A stretch of 64,000 bases of DNA, taken from the IMG/VR virus record IMGVR_UViG_3300027278_000009; one strand, given 5' to 3'. A program made the translations under genes and the position numbers. Positions 8,841-17,540 of the stretch are shown here, piece after piece. This stretch comes from a virus. Numbering within the stretch: position 1 is the stretch's first letter; every line of letters begins with the position of its first letter. Under the pieces are notes generated by a model. That model was not told where the DNA came from. It made no database searches and saw nothing but the letters and a program-made list of their open reading frames with translations.

Positions 8841-9278
8841 ATGAAAGACTTGATCAACGTTGCCAACATCCGCACTGTAGACTTCATCCAGGGTAAAAAG
8901 ATCGTTAACGCTCGTTTTATTGTTAAAAGCCGTGCTGGTTTTATGACCGTAGTAGACGCTCGTGATTTTGAGATCGAAGGTTATAACAAGCACCCTGAGC
9001 GCTTAATCAGCGGTTATAATAAAGGAGCCCTTCAGTCCGTACAGGTACAGCTTGAAGGTAGTGATTATTTCTTTACGGTATTTGCTCGTCAGGGTAAGAA
9101 GATCAATATGATCGACGAACATATCCTGCGTGAAGTAACTGTAGGCACTATTAACTCAATGTTCTTTAATACTGAGCTCTATAACTATCAGCAGTATAAG
9201 GCTGTTAATAGTGCCACGTGGGCCAGCATGGCTTATGTGATGAATGAGCCCAAATTTGAAACCCTTCGCGTAGCTTAA
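8841..9278 (+). CDS. Hypothetical early-type protein
   Basis: 145-aa ORF with a class I promoter. Confidence 0.75.
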   Translation: MKDLINVANIRTVDFIQGKKIVNARFIVKSRAGFMTVVDARDFEIEGYNKHPERLISGYNKGALQSVQVQLEGSDYFFTVFARQGKKINMIDEHILREVTVGTINSMFFNTELYNYQQYKAVNSATWASMAYVMNEPKFETLRVA

Positions 9279-9350
9279 TTAACCGGCTGTATGGATGATG
9301 TCCCCCTCGGGCATCACTTAATGCGCGCCTTAACTTAGAATATATAAAAC

Positions 9351-9518
9351 ATGGAAAACTACAAACAAGAGATCCAACAACTACAGGAAGAGATCATAAC
9401 ACTTAAGATGGAACAACCATACCATCCTAGTATTAAGACTAAGATCCTAGAACTAGAGTCACTTATAAATGCTAGAAAATCCACAGAGCAAACTGAACCA
9501 ACAGGTTACACAAAGTAA
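9351..9518 (+). CDS. 55-aa coiled-coil hypothetical protein
   Basis: Hand-translated MENYKQEIQQLQEEIITLKMEQPYHPSIKTKILELESLINARKSTEQTEPTGYTK, after GAATATATA. Confidence 0.5.
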   Translation: MENYKQEIQQLQEEIITLKMEQPYHPSIKTKILELESLINARKSTEQTEPTGYTK

Positions 9519-9984
9519 TCTTAATAATAGGATAGATCAGTCCCAAGGGGATATCAGTACTCGTCAGCAGGAGAGGCCTATAGATACTAACCCTAACTTT
9601 AAGGCTAGTAACCTGCCCCCGGTATCACCTGATGTCAATAGCCAGGCGAGCAATCCGGTTAAAGACCCAAATGGCAAGTTGATCCAAGTACCAGAACAGG
9701 AGCAGGAAGGCTTTATAGCCAAGTTAAAACGTAAGATTAAGGAGGAAGGTCAGGCTTATGTAATGAATAAGCTCATGGGCAATATGCAACCAGATCAGAA
9801 GGAACCAAATAACGGACAACCTACCACAACTAAGCCCAACCAGCCAGATCTAGGCAAGGGTACACCAGAGCCCCAGAAGCCCAAGCCCCAACAACCGGAG
9901 CCCAATATGCCCAAGATGCAGAAGCCACAAATTAGGGCGCCACGCCTAGGCCGACCGCCGCAACCCAAGCCCCCAAGGTTTTAA
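9469..9984 (+). CDS. Pro/Gln/Asn-rich disordered protein
   Basis: 171-aa ORF; start uncertain (overlaps 9351..9518). Confidence 0.5.
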   Translation: MLENPQSKLNQQVTQSNLNNRIDQSQGDISTRQQERPIDTNPNFKASNLPPVSPDVNSQASNPVKDPNGKLIQVPEQEQEGFIAKLKRKIKEEGQAYVMNKLMGNMQPDQKEPNNGQPTTTKPNQPDLGKGTPEPQKPKPQQPEPNMPKMQKPQIRAPRLGRPPQPKPPRF

Positions 9985-11000
9985 GGATCCGGATTTATCA
10001 AAGTCTCTAGGGTGGAGGGCATAGGGGTCATGAAAGTCTCCTAGCTATAATTAACAATATGAGCAATCAATGTCCTTTAAGCGCCATAATTATCACCCCC
10101 CGGTGGAATCCTTATTTTTACCATGACGCACCTCTAGATTCTCAGAGTACTCATAGTACCCTAATAGCCGCGACATACCCCCACAAAGTCACCGGTACCC
10201 CGATATTTGCCCCGGGCCGAGGGGAGCCGCTCTACCATGAGCGGTGCCCATACAATGGACCCACTAAGATGTAAGGGTGACCCCCGCAGGGCACCACTCA
10301 GAGGACTCATATTGATTCACAGTACGCTGAATTGGGGATCCCCTAGTGCAGCGGGCGGCCCTGCGCTGGATCCAGCCCTCTAGGTACTCAGAATACATTG
10401 AGAAAAATATTACAAAAAAAGTTTCAGAGTTTTGAAACAAATCAGAGTACTGTGAATATAAGTTATGGTTTTATGCCTGAGGGTAAGACTAGGACGAAGC
10501 TCAGAGAAAAAACCAATCACAAACCTCTGTAGGTTTTAAGCCATGAACGCTTAAAGATAAAGGACTAGAAGATTCAGAATCTTATAATCTTGGAGTAACA
10601 TAATATAGGGGAGGATCCTCCTACGATACGGTGGAGTATCCGATACTGGTAGGGGATCTGGGACTGAGGGCCCTGACCCATGGAATCTCGGTATCAGTAC
10701 GGATTAAGGGGTCGCCCATTGGGTCTGAATGGTCGCCCTAGATGGAATATAGGGAAATATGAAAAAATGATTTTTTTAGTTTTTTGATTGTGATAGAAGA
10801 AATTTCCCCCGGCTTAGAGTATTATGAAAGTAACGTCGAAAAATTTCCAGGAATAAAAATTCCTAAAATTTCTTTTCCAATAAAACTATGAGTAGTAAGA
10901 GGAATTAGAAGAGAAATAACAAGAAGTAATCCTATCTTTTGAGTAGTTCTTTTTTGTGGGCGCACTTTTAGAATTGTGCCCCACTCTTTTTGGCTAGTGG
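9985..11000. other. About 1 kb largely non-coding tract with GC-rich palindromes and short repeats (candidate origin, packaging site or ncRNA locus)
   Basis: GGATCC at 9985, 10336, 10368, 10613; TCAGAG at 10142, 10298, 10424, 10442, 10501; several GC hairpins; C-rich left part, G-rich right part. Confidence 0.55.
10956..10991 (+). terminator. Terminator-like hairpin
   Basis: GTGGG(C)GCAC...GTGCCCCAC followed by TCTTTTT. Confidence 0.5.
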
Positions 11001-11026
11001 GGGCGCGTCACATAATATAATAATAC

Positions 11027-11054
11027 GAAACATAAGATGATCAGAGTGTATAAT
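11027..11054 (+). promoter_or_regulatory. Class II promoter
   Basis: GAAAC-N17-TATAAT upstream of the PMM operon. Confidence 0.75.
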
Positions 11055-11078
11055 AATAAGGTATTATAATATTTTATT

Positions 11079-11228
11079 ATGAAAAAAGAAAAATGGAATC
11101 CTGAAGATTGGCAAGGGAGATCTCAAAAGCAAGTTGAAGGCTATAATACTATTGTGGTGTATACGATGATAGTTCTTTTTGTTGCGATCCTTGGAACTAC
11201 AATCTATAATATTCTAACGCATATCTAA
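11079..11228 (+). CDS. 49-aa single-TM protein
   Basis: Hand-translated MKKEKWNPEDWQGRSQKQVEGYNTIVVYTMIVLFVAILGTTIYNILTHI. Confidence 0.6.
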   Translation: MKKEKWNPEDWQGRSQKQVEGYNTIVVYTMIVLFVAILGTTIYNILTHI

Positions 11229-11232
11229 GAAT

Positions 11233-11946
11233 ATGAAGAATATTTACGTATTTGATGTGGATGGCACTATGACGCCTAGCCGTCTTAAGATTAATCCAGA
11301 GTTTAAAGAGTTTTTCATTGATTGGATGCAGGATAAAAATGTGGTGTTTGTTACCGGCAGCGATAAAGAAAAAACTATTGAACAAATTGGATATCAAATC
11401 TGGAGTAGCGCATCGGCATGCTTACAGTCTTGTTGTAATCACATCTTCGAGAAAGGTGAGGAAACATATAAGATCGATTGGGAACCCTCTGATGAATTGA
11501 TTAAATTCTTAGAGTACGTATTAGATCATAGCCGATACGAAATTAGAACATCGAATCATATTGAAAAGAGGATAGGTTTATTGAACTTTTCAATTGTTGG
11601 TCGCGACTGCTCTCAAGAACAGCGTGAAGAATATTATGAATGGGACGCAATGACTAAAGAGCGTTTACAGATTGCTCATGACATTATGCTCCTATTTAAA
11701 GATGTTGAAGCTTCAGTAGGCGGTCAGATCTCAATTGATATTCATCCAATTGGAGCCAATAAGAGCCAGGCTAAAAAATGGATTCTTGAAAAATTTGGAT
11801 ATGATTCAGTAATTCATTTTTTTGGGGATAAAATGATGCCCGGTGGAAATGACTATGATTTAGCTCAAATTTTAGGTGGACCTCATCGAATCTATTCAGT
11901 CGAAGATTGGCATAATACATATAAGATTCTTAAGGGAATAAAATGA
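11233..11946 (+). CDS. Phosphomannomutase, eukaryote-type HAD-IIB
   Basis: FDVDGTMT, FVTGSD, IEKRIGLLNFSIVGR, GGQISIDI, FFGDKMMPGGNDY. Confidence 0.85.
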   Translation: MKNIYVFDVDGTMTPSRLKINPEFKEFFIDWMQDKNVVFVTGSDKEKTIEQIGYQIWSSASACLQSCCNHIFEKGEETYKIDWEPSDELIKFLEYVLDHSRYEIRTSNHIEKRIGLLNFSIVGRDCSQEQREEYYEWDAMTKERLQIAHDIMLLFKDVEASVGGQISIDIHPIGANKSQAKKWILEKFGYDSVIHFFGDKMMPGGNDYDLAQILGGPHRIYSVEDWHNTYKILKGIK

Positions 11947-12434
11947 AAATATTAATAGTATCACTCCCTAGAACAGGTTCATCTGAATTACTTTATAGAT
12001 TATGCAATACTCATAATTTAAAAAACATCTATGAACCGTTTGATAAAACAGGGTTAAGTGAATACATTAAAGGAGAAGATAACATTGGATTGAAATCTCT
12101 GATCTATGACAAAATAGAAGGCTATAAAGATAATGTAGAATTCTATGTTGAACTGTCAAAAGAATTTGATCAAATAATTTTATTAACTAGAAGAGATCTT
12201 AAGAAATGCGCTGAAAGTTGGGCCTACTATAGGCATATAAAAGATACAACTGGAGAGTCAACAATGCAACCATACAAATGGAAACTAACCGATAATTTTG
12301 AAAAATGCTATATCAACATAATTGATTGGGATAATCAGTTGAAGTTATTGAGTAAGAAACTTAATATAGGATTAACATATTATGAAGATATATTCGATGT
12401 TAATTCAAAAGAACGATACAGAACAAATATTTAA
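11943..12434 (+). CDS. Sulfotransferase-like P-loop protein
   Basis: N-terminal IVSLPRTGS (5'-PSB-like loop), YEPF, LLTRRD. Confidence 0.55.
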   Translation: MKILIVSLPRTGSSELLYRLCNTHNLKNIYEPFDKTGLSEYIKGEDNIGLKSLIYDKIEGYKDNVEFYVELSKEFDQIILLTRRDLKKCAESWAYYRHIKDTTGESTMQPYKWKLTDNFEKCYINIIDWDNQLKLLSKKLNIGLTYYEDIFDVNSKERYRTNI

Positions 12435-12445
12435 TAGAAAAAGAA

Positions 12446-12646
12446 ATGGCAAAAGAAAAAACAATTTGGAAAACAAAAGAAGTCGATGGTCAAATCTATA
12501 TGATTTGCCAAAATTCTAATCCTAGTCTTAGTAAGTATCCAGAGTGGGGTCCTGACAGTGGTGTATGCGATAAATGGTCTCAAGTAGTAAAAGAAACAGC
12601 AGCGGTTATTTGTAGTGATTGCACTCAAAGATCTCTGAAAATTTAA
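12446..12646 (+). CDS. Small 4-Cys protein, possible Zn finger
   Basis: 66 aa; C..C..CSDC. Confidence 0.55.
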   Translation: MAKEKTIWKTKEVDGQIYMICQNSNPSLSKYPEWGPDSGVCDKWSQVVKETAAVICSDCTQRSLKI

Positions 12647-12719
12647 CATTGAAATGGTATATTACCTTAATGTTAACTAATATATAAATTATTAACATTA
12701 AAATAACATTAGGGTAATT

Positions 12720-12899
12720 ATGAAAAATCTAAGAAACATTTCAATCGCAACCTTTGTTTTTTTAATCATTTCTTCTTGTGCATCTTCAAGAACAGATTTA
12801 GTTTCAAAAGCAGAATACAAGCCAGCTAGACTTTGTGCGTATGACTCGAATTGTCAAATTACAGCAATTCATTCTCACTTATTCTTAGCCGATAGATAG
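12720..12899 (+). CDS. 59-aa putative lipoprotein
   Basis: Hand-translated MKNLRNISIATFVFLIISSC-ASSRT...; basic N-terminus, hydrophobic core, lipobox-like ISSC. Confidence 0.55.
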   Translation: MKNLRNISIATFVFLIISSCASSRTDLVSKAEYKPARLCAYDSNCQITAIHSHLFLADR

Positions 12900-13017
12900 T
12901 ATCAAAAGAGACAATTTTTGTTAATTTTGCTAGTTTTACACAAAATATCATATTAACAAGATATATATGTTATCATAAACAAAATCGAATTTGTGGCCAC
13001 AATTTATGATATAGACT

Positions 13018-13043
13018 AAGGGAGCTTCGGCTCCCTTTTTTAT
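13018..13043 (+). terminator. Intrinsic terminator with UUCG loop
   Basis: AAGGGAGC-TTCG-GCTCCCTT plus T-run. Confidence 0.9.
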
Positions 13044-13060
13044 TTTAGGCAATACTCTAA

Positions 13061-13088
13061 GAAACAAAAGATAAATAGGGTATACAAT
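13061..13088 (+). promoter_or_regulatory. Class II promoter (TACAAT variant)
   Basis: GAAAC-N17-TACAAT upstream of clpC. Confidence 0.6.
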
Positions 13089-13120
13089 AAATATTAGTAT
13101 AAACATTCTATAATACAATT

Positions 13121-15094
13121 ATGGCTAAAAGCAAAAAATCGCTAATGATCGAACAGTTTGGAGAAGACCTAACTGCTATGGCAGCTGAAGGCAAATTAGA
13201 TCCAATTATTGGTCGTGATGAAGAGGTAAAAAGAATTTGTCAAATCCTTTCACGTAGAAAGAAAAATAACCCAATTATCTTAGGAGATCCCGGTGTTGGT
13301 AAAACTGCTATTGTTGAGGCAATAGCACAGATGATTGTCGATAAAAAAGTAGCAATGACGTTAACCAATAAAAGAATTATTTCTCTTAATATTTCAAACT
13401 TGGTAGCAGGTACTAAATATCGTGGTGAGTTTGAAGAACGAATGAAAATTATTGTTGATGAACTCAAGGCTGATTCAGACATTATTGTATTCATTGATGA
13501 AATCCATACTATTGTCGGAGCTGGTGGTGTTAGCGGGTCTCTAGATGCTTCTAACATTCTTAAGCCTGCTCTCGCTAGAGGCCAAGTTCAATGTATTGGT
13601 GCAACTACTCTTGATGAATACCGAGAAAATATCGAAGATGATGGTGCATTAACACGTCGTTTTCAAGAGGTATTTATCGATCCGCCATCAATCGATGATT
13701 CTATTTTAATCCTTAATAGAATTAAGGAGAAATACGAGGATTATCATGCAGTCCGTTATACTGATGAGGCAATTGAAGCTTGTGTAACTCTTTCTGATCG
13801 TTACATTACTCAACGAGAGTTACCAGATAAAGCAATTGATTTAATGGATGAAGCAGGCGCTAAAGTTCACTTAACTCAAGTTAATATTCCTAAGCACATT
13901 ACTAAAGCTGAGGAAGCAGCTGAAAAAGTTAAGCAAATGAAATTAGCCGCAGTAGAAGAACAAGACTATGAAAAAGCAGCAAAATACCGAGATGAAGAAC
14001 TTAAAAAACGAGATGAAGTAAAAGCCGTCACTGAAAAGTGGCAAGAAGAAATGCGCATTAATCGTAAACAAGTTACATACGATGATATCGCAGAAACGAT
14101 CTCTCAAGCAACAGGTATTCCAATCACCAGAATGACAGATGACGAAAGTAAGGTTATCATGGAAATGGAACAAAAACTAAAGAGCATGGTTATTGGCCAA
14201 GATTCTGCAGTAGCGGGTCTTACACGAGTAATTAAAAGATCTAGAACAGGAGTTAGTTCTTCTAGAAAACCAATTGGATCATTCATGTTTATTGGACCAA
14301 CTGGTGTAGGTAAAACTGAATTAGTTAAAGCTCTTACTGATTATTACTTCGGATCAGCCGATACAAACTTGATCCGAATTGACATGAGTGAATACCAAGA
14401 GAAATTCAATGTTTCTAAATTAATTGGTTCTCCTCCAGGATATGTTGGTCATGAAGATGGAGGTCAATTAACAGAACAAGTGCGTCGCAAACCATATTCA
14501 GTTGTTTTATTTGATGAGATCGAAAAAGCGCACCCAGATGTATTTAACACATTATTGCAAGTTCTTGATGAAGGTCGCTTAACAGATTCATTAGGTAGAA
14601 CTGTTGATTTTACAAATACAATTATTATTATGACCTCTAACGTAGGCGCTAAAAGAGTTGCAGATTTTGGAACAGGAATTGGATTTGAATCTCAATCTTC
14701 AGTTGCTACACAGAAAACACATGTAGAATCCATCATTCGTAAAGAACTTAAAAATAAGTTTAGCCCAGAATTTTTGAATCGAGTTGATGATATTATTCTA
14801 TTTGACGGATTATCTGAAGAAAACGTTCTTAAGATTGTTGATTTGGAATTGGTTAAAGTAATTGCAAGAATGGCTAATCAAGGATATTCCATTAAAGTAT
14901 CTAAGCCAGCAAAAGTATTCTTAGCAGAAAGAGGTTATGATCCTCAATTTGGAGCTCGCCCACTAAAGCGTGCTGTTCAAAATTATGTTGAAGATATTTT
15001 AGCAGATGCTATCATTGAAAAAAAGATGGTTGAAGGAGATACGGTGTATACAATCAACCATAAAAAAGGTGAAGATAAACTTTTCATCAAATAG
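13121..15094 (+). CDS. clpC: ClpC-like Hsp100 AAA+ ATPase lacking the N-terminal domain
   Basis: Two Walker A motifs (GDPGVGKT, GPTGVGKT), FIDEIH and FDEIEKAH, pore loops AGTKYRGEF and GYVG, UVR-type M-domain (EEQDYEKAAKYRD), IGF ClpP-docking loop (GIGF). Confidence 0.92.
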   Translation: MAKSKKSLMIEQFGEDLTAMAAEGKLDPIIGRDEEVKRICQILSRRKKNNPIILGDPGVGKTAIVEAIAQMIVDKKVAMTLTNKRIISLNISNLVAGTKYRGEFEERMKIIVDELKADSDIIVFIDEIHTIVGAGGVSGSLDASNILKPALARGQVQCIGATTLDEYRENIEDDGALTRRFQEVFIDPPSIDDSILILNRIKEKYEDYHAVRYTDEAIEACVTLSDRYITQRELPDKAIDLMDEAGAKVHLTQVNIPKHITKAEEAAEKVKQMKLAAVEEQDYEKAAKYRDEELKKRDEVKAVTEKWQEEMRINRKQVTYDDIAETISQATGIPITRMTDDESKVIMEMEQKLKSMVIGQDSAVAGLTRVIKRSRTGVSSSRKPIGSFMFIGPTGVGKTELVKALTDYYFGSADTNLIRIDMSEYQEKFNVSKLIGSPPGYVGHEDGGQLTEQVRRKPYSVVLFDEIEKAHPDVFNTLLQVLDEGRLTDSLGRTVDFTNTIIIMTSNVGAKRVADFGTGIGFESQSSVATQKTHVESIIRKELKNKFSPEFLNRVDDIILFDGLSEENVLKIVDLELVKVIARMANQGYSIKVSKPAKVFLAERGYDPQFGARPLKRAVQNYVEDILADAIIEKKMVEGDTVYTINHKKGEDKLFIK

Positions 15095-15103
15095 TAATAT
15101 AAT
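15076..15103 (+). promoter_or_regulatory. Class II promoter
   Basis: TAAAC-N17-TATAAT upstream of 15130. Confidence 0.75.
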
Positions 15104-15129
15104 ATTGTAATCAGTTATTACGATAATAT

Positions 15130-15981
15130 ATGAACTTCAATAAAGCATTTAAGCACATCATTCAGAGCATAGAAAAAAACGGAACTGTTGAACAACCAAG
15201 AGATCTTAAAGTAAAAGAACTCACTGTTCAACAGTTTGCTTTTGATTCTAATTTGCCTTTTGCAGATTTTGAAAATCGAGCATTCAATTTTAAATATTTT
15301 GCAGGTGAACTAGTATGGTACCTAAATAAAAATAGAGATGTTGCATACATTTCTAATTTCTCTAATTTTTGGTCTAATATTACGAATCCACACACAAATG
15401 AAATCAACTCTAATTATGGATCACTATTATTTGGTGATCAGTTAAAATGGGTTGTCAATTCGTTAAAACAAGATAAAAATACACGTCAAGCAATTGCATT
15501 CTTAAATCAACCTAAGTTTCAATTCGAAGGCAACAAAGATTTTGTTTGTACGATGTATTTGAATTTTTGGATTCGCGATAATAAACTGAATATGAAAGTT
15601 CAGATGAGATCCAACGATATCTTTTATGGATTGACATTTGATGCGCCTTTCTTTGCATTTGTTCATCAACATGTTAGATTGTGGTTATTGGATCAATATC
15701 AAGATCTTGAATTAGGTACATATCACCACTGCGTTGATAATATCCATTTTTATGAGCGCCATTTTGAATTAGCTAATAACATATTATCTGAATCAGATAA
15801 TCAAGGTTCTAATTATTCTTTTGAATTAAAAGAACCGCTGTTTAATATTGGCGATACAATGGAGTTGACAAACCATGGCGCTAAATTCATTCAATCGGTT
15901 AATTTCGCTCTTGAGAATGAAGCAAAAAAATCAGAATATTATAATATATTAAGAGATTATCTTAATATTAAAAAAATCTGA
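15130..15981 (+). CDS. Thymidylate-synthase-fold enzyme, T4 gp42-like dCMP hydroxymethylase
   Basis: EINSNYG, DFVCT (catalytic Cys), MRSNDIFYGLTFD with Asp where dUMP-specific ThyA has Asn, HFYERHF. Confidence 0.7.
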   Translation: MNFNKAFKHIIQSIEKNGTVEQPRDLKVKELTVQQFAFDSNLPFADFENRAFNFKYFAGELVWYLNKNRDVAYISNFSNFWSNITNPHTNEINSNYGSLLFGDQLKWVVNSLKQDKNTRQAIAFLNQPKFQFEGNKDFVCTMYLNFWIRDNKLNMKVQMRSNDIFYGLTFDAPFFAFVHQHVRLWLLDQYQDLELGTYHHCVDNIHFYERHFELANNILSESDNQGSNYSFELKEPLFNIGDTMELTNHGAKFIQSVNFALENEAKKSEYYNILRDYLNIKKI

Positions 15982-15987
15982 TTTTGA

Positions 15988-16296
15988 ATGAAAAGGCATA
16001 TACCGACGTTTACAATGAGGCTCGGAACCACTGATATTTTTGAAAAACCAGTCGATGAAGAGGATTTGTTTTATGAAAGACTTTTAGATTTTATTCAATT
16101 AAATTTAAAGTCAACATATAAAGAGAGAGTGCTTTGTTACTTAGAAGACCCAAAAGGAAATCTTAGTGAAGCAACACTTGAAGAAGAAGGATACTATAAA
16201 TCTCTAAATAAATGTATAGAATATTTTAGAGAAGAAGAACAATATGAAAAATGTACATACATTAAAAAATTAATTGAAAAATATGGACTACAATAA
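15988..16296 (+). CDS. Small protein with C-terminal UVR-like motif (paralogue 1)
   Basis: YFREEEQYEKCTYIKKL; overlaps the clpP start. Confidence 0.75.
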   Translation: MKRHIPTFTMRLGTTDIFEKPVDEEDLFYERLLDFIQLNLKSTYKERVLCYLEDPKGNLSEATLEEEGYYKSLNKCIEYFREEEQYEKCTYIKKLIEKYGLQ

Positions 16297-16951
16297 AGAA
16301 TTTAGAAAATATGCAATGAGCGACCATAATATCAGCTCTTCAAATATGGATTATTACCAAAAGCAAATTGAAGCTTCTATGACCCCATATATTTTAGAAG
16401 AAAGAGAGATGCGAGTTACTCAATTAGACATTTTCTCAAGATTAATGGCTGACCGTTTACTTTGGGTAGCAGGCCCAGTAAATGACAATATGTCAACTGT
16501 AGTACAAGCTCAATTAATGTTTTTGGATAGCGTTTCTTCTACAGATATCACAATGCACGTCGATAGCCCTGGAGGTTCAGTTAAGTCAGGTTTGTCGATG
16601 GTTGATGTTATGGAATACATTAAATGCGATATTCGCACGGTAAACACCGGTATGGCCGCATCGATGGGTTCAGTACTTCTTGGCGCTGGAACTAAAGGAA
16701 AGAGATCATCGCTAAGACATTCACGAACAATGTTACACCAATCTTCTGGAGGTTTCTCTGGAAATATTCAAGATGCTGAGATTGATTGGGCAGAGTGGCA
16801 GAAAGTAAATGATGAACTATTTGCATTGCTTGGAGAATATTGCGGAAAGAAAGCAGAACAAGTTAAAAAAGACGCAACTAGAGATTTTTGGTTAACCGCA
16901 GATGAAGCTTTAGCGTACGGAATCATTGATCAAGTTATTAAAAGAAACTAA
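16283..16951 (+). CDS. clpP: ClpP protease, Bacteroidota-type N-terminus
   Basis: SPGGSV, AASMG (Ser), MLHQ (His), RDFW (Asp); MTPYILEER...DIFSRLM leader; the track start 16274 is an alternative. Confidence 0.95.
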   Translation: MDYNKEFRKYAMSDHNISSSNMDYYQKQIEASMTPYILEEREMRVTQLDIFSRLMADRLLWVAGPVNDNMSTVVQAQLMFLDSVSSTDITMHVDSPGGSVKSGLSMVDVMEYIKCDIRTVNTGMAASMGSVLLGAGTKGKRSSLRHSRTMLHQSSGGFSGNIQDAEIDWAEWQKVNDELFALLGEYCGKKAEQVKKDATRDFWLTADEALAYGIIDQVIKRN

Positions 16952-16971
16952 TATTAAGATATTATTATAAT
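16944..16971 (+). promoter_or_regulatory. Class II promoter
   Basis: GAAAC-N17-TATAAT upstream of 16980. Confidence 0.7.
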
Positions 16972-16979
16972 ATAATATT

Positions 16980-17168
16980 ATGAAATTGTATTTTCACATA
17001 GAATTAGAACAGATTGATTTTTTAAATAAAATTATTAAAAATCCTTTTGTTGAATTTGAAAAAATTAAACTCTTTAAAAGTAGAGTTAGTGAAAATTTAA
17101 TTTTAGTGTCATTAGAATATGATACATATATTAGGTTATTAGATCAAAATAAAATTGAAATAGTATGA
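16980..17168 (+). CDS. Hypothetical protein
   Basis: 62-aa ORF with a class II promoter. Confidence 0.6.
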   Translation: MKLYFHIELEQIDFLNKIIKNPFVEFEKIKLFKSRVSENLILVSLEYDTYIRLLDQNKIEIV

Positions 17169-17461
17169 TGGATCGCAGACAAAAGACAACTGAACTATTC
17201 AAAGAGCTAATCAACAAACAGCTCGAGCCTCATGGCGTAACGTATGAAGATGTCAAAGACGATCCACAATGGTACATGAACTATTCAACCGATACAGATA
17301 CTGAAAAGGAATTTATTGAATACTGCATCTCTAGAATTAAAGAAGTTTTAAAATTAAATAACATGCTTGCGGAAAAAGAAGCGCAGTGGTTTATTTTACA
17401 ATGGGGACTAACTACAGTTCCACAAGAAGAGATTGTTCGAGGTAAGATTAAAAGCGAATAA
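17165..17461 (+). CDS. Hypothetical protein
   Basis: 98-aa ORF, overlapping coupled start. Confidence 0.7.
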   Translation: MMDRRQKTTELFKELINKQLEPHGVTYEDVKDDPQWYMNYSTDTDTEKEFIEYCISRIKEVLKLNNMLAEKEAQWFILQWGLTTVPQEEIVRGKIKSE

Positions 17462-17540
17462 GTTCAGACTAATATCATATTATATTAATATAAATACCAA
17501 TTAGAATAATATCATCTGATACAGTTTAAATAAATACTGT

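Noticed and set aside
10168-10176. CCGCGACAT, a class I upstream box on the minus strand
   Set aside because: No TATATTTA at the 11-bp spacing, so it is not counted as a promoter
10059-10274. 71-aa ORF inside the palindromic tract
   Set aside because: Pro/His-rich by-product of C-runs with atypical codon usage; cannot be fully excluded without expression data
10434-10462. GAAAC...TATAAG as a class II promoter
   Set aside because: Spacer is 18 bp, the -10 is mismatched, and no gene follows; left uncounted
4180-11000. Early island as a transposon or integrated element
   Set aside because: No terminal inverted or direct repeats found by eye and no transposase or integrase; its promoter motif also occurs at 49.6 and 53.5-53.9 kb, so it is native to the phage
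9985-11000. tRNA genes in the non-coding tracts
   Set aside because: No cloverleaf or T-loop GTTCRA in a tRNA-like context was found
13121-15094. Annotation as ClpB
   Set aside because: The short UVR-type M-domain and IGF loop fit ClpC/ClpE-type ClpP partners, not the long ClpB propeller
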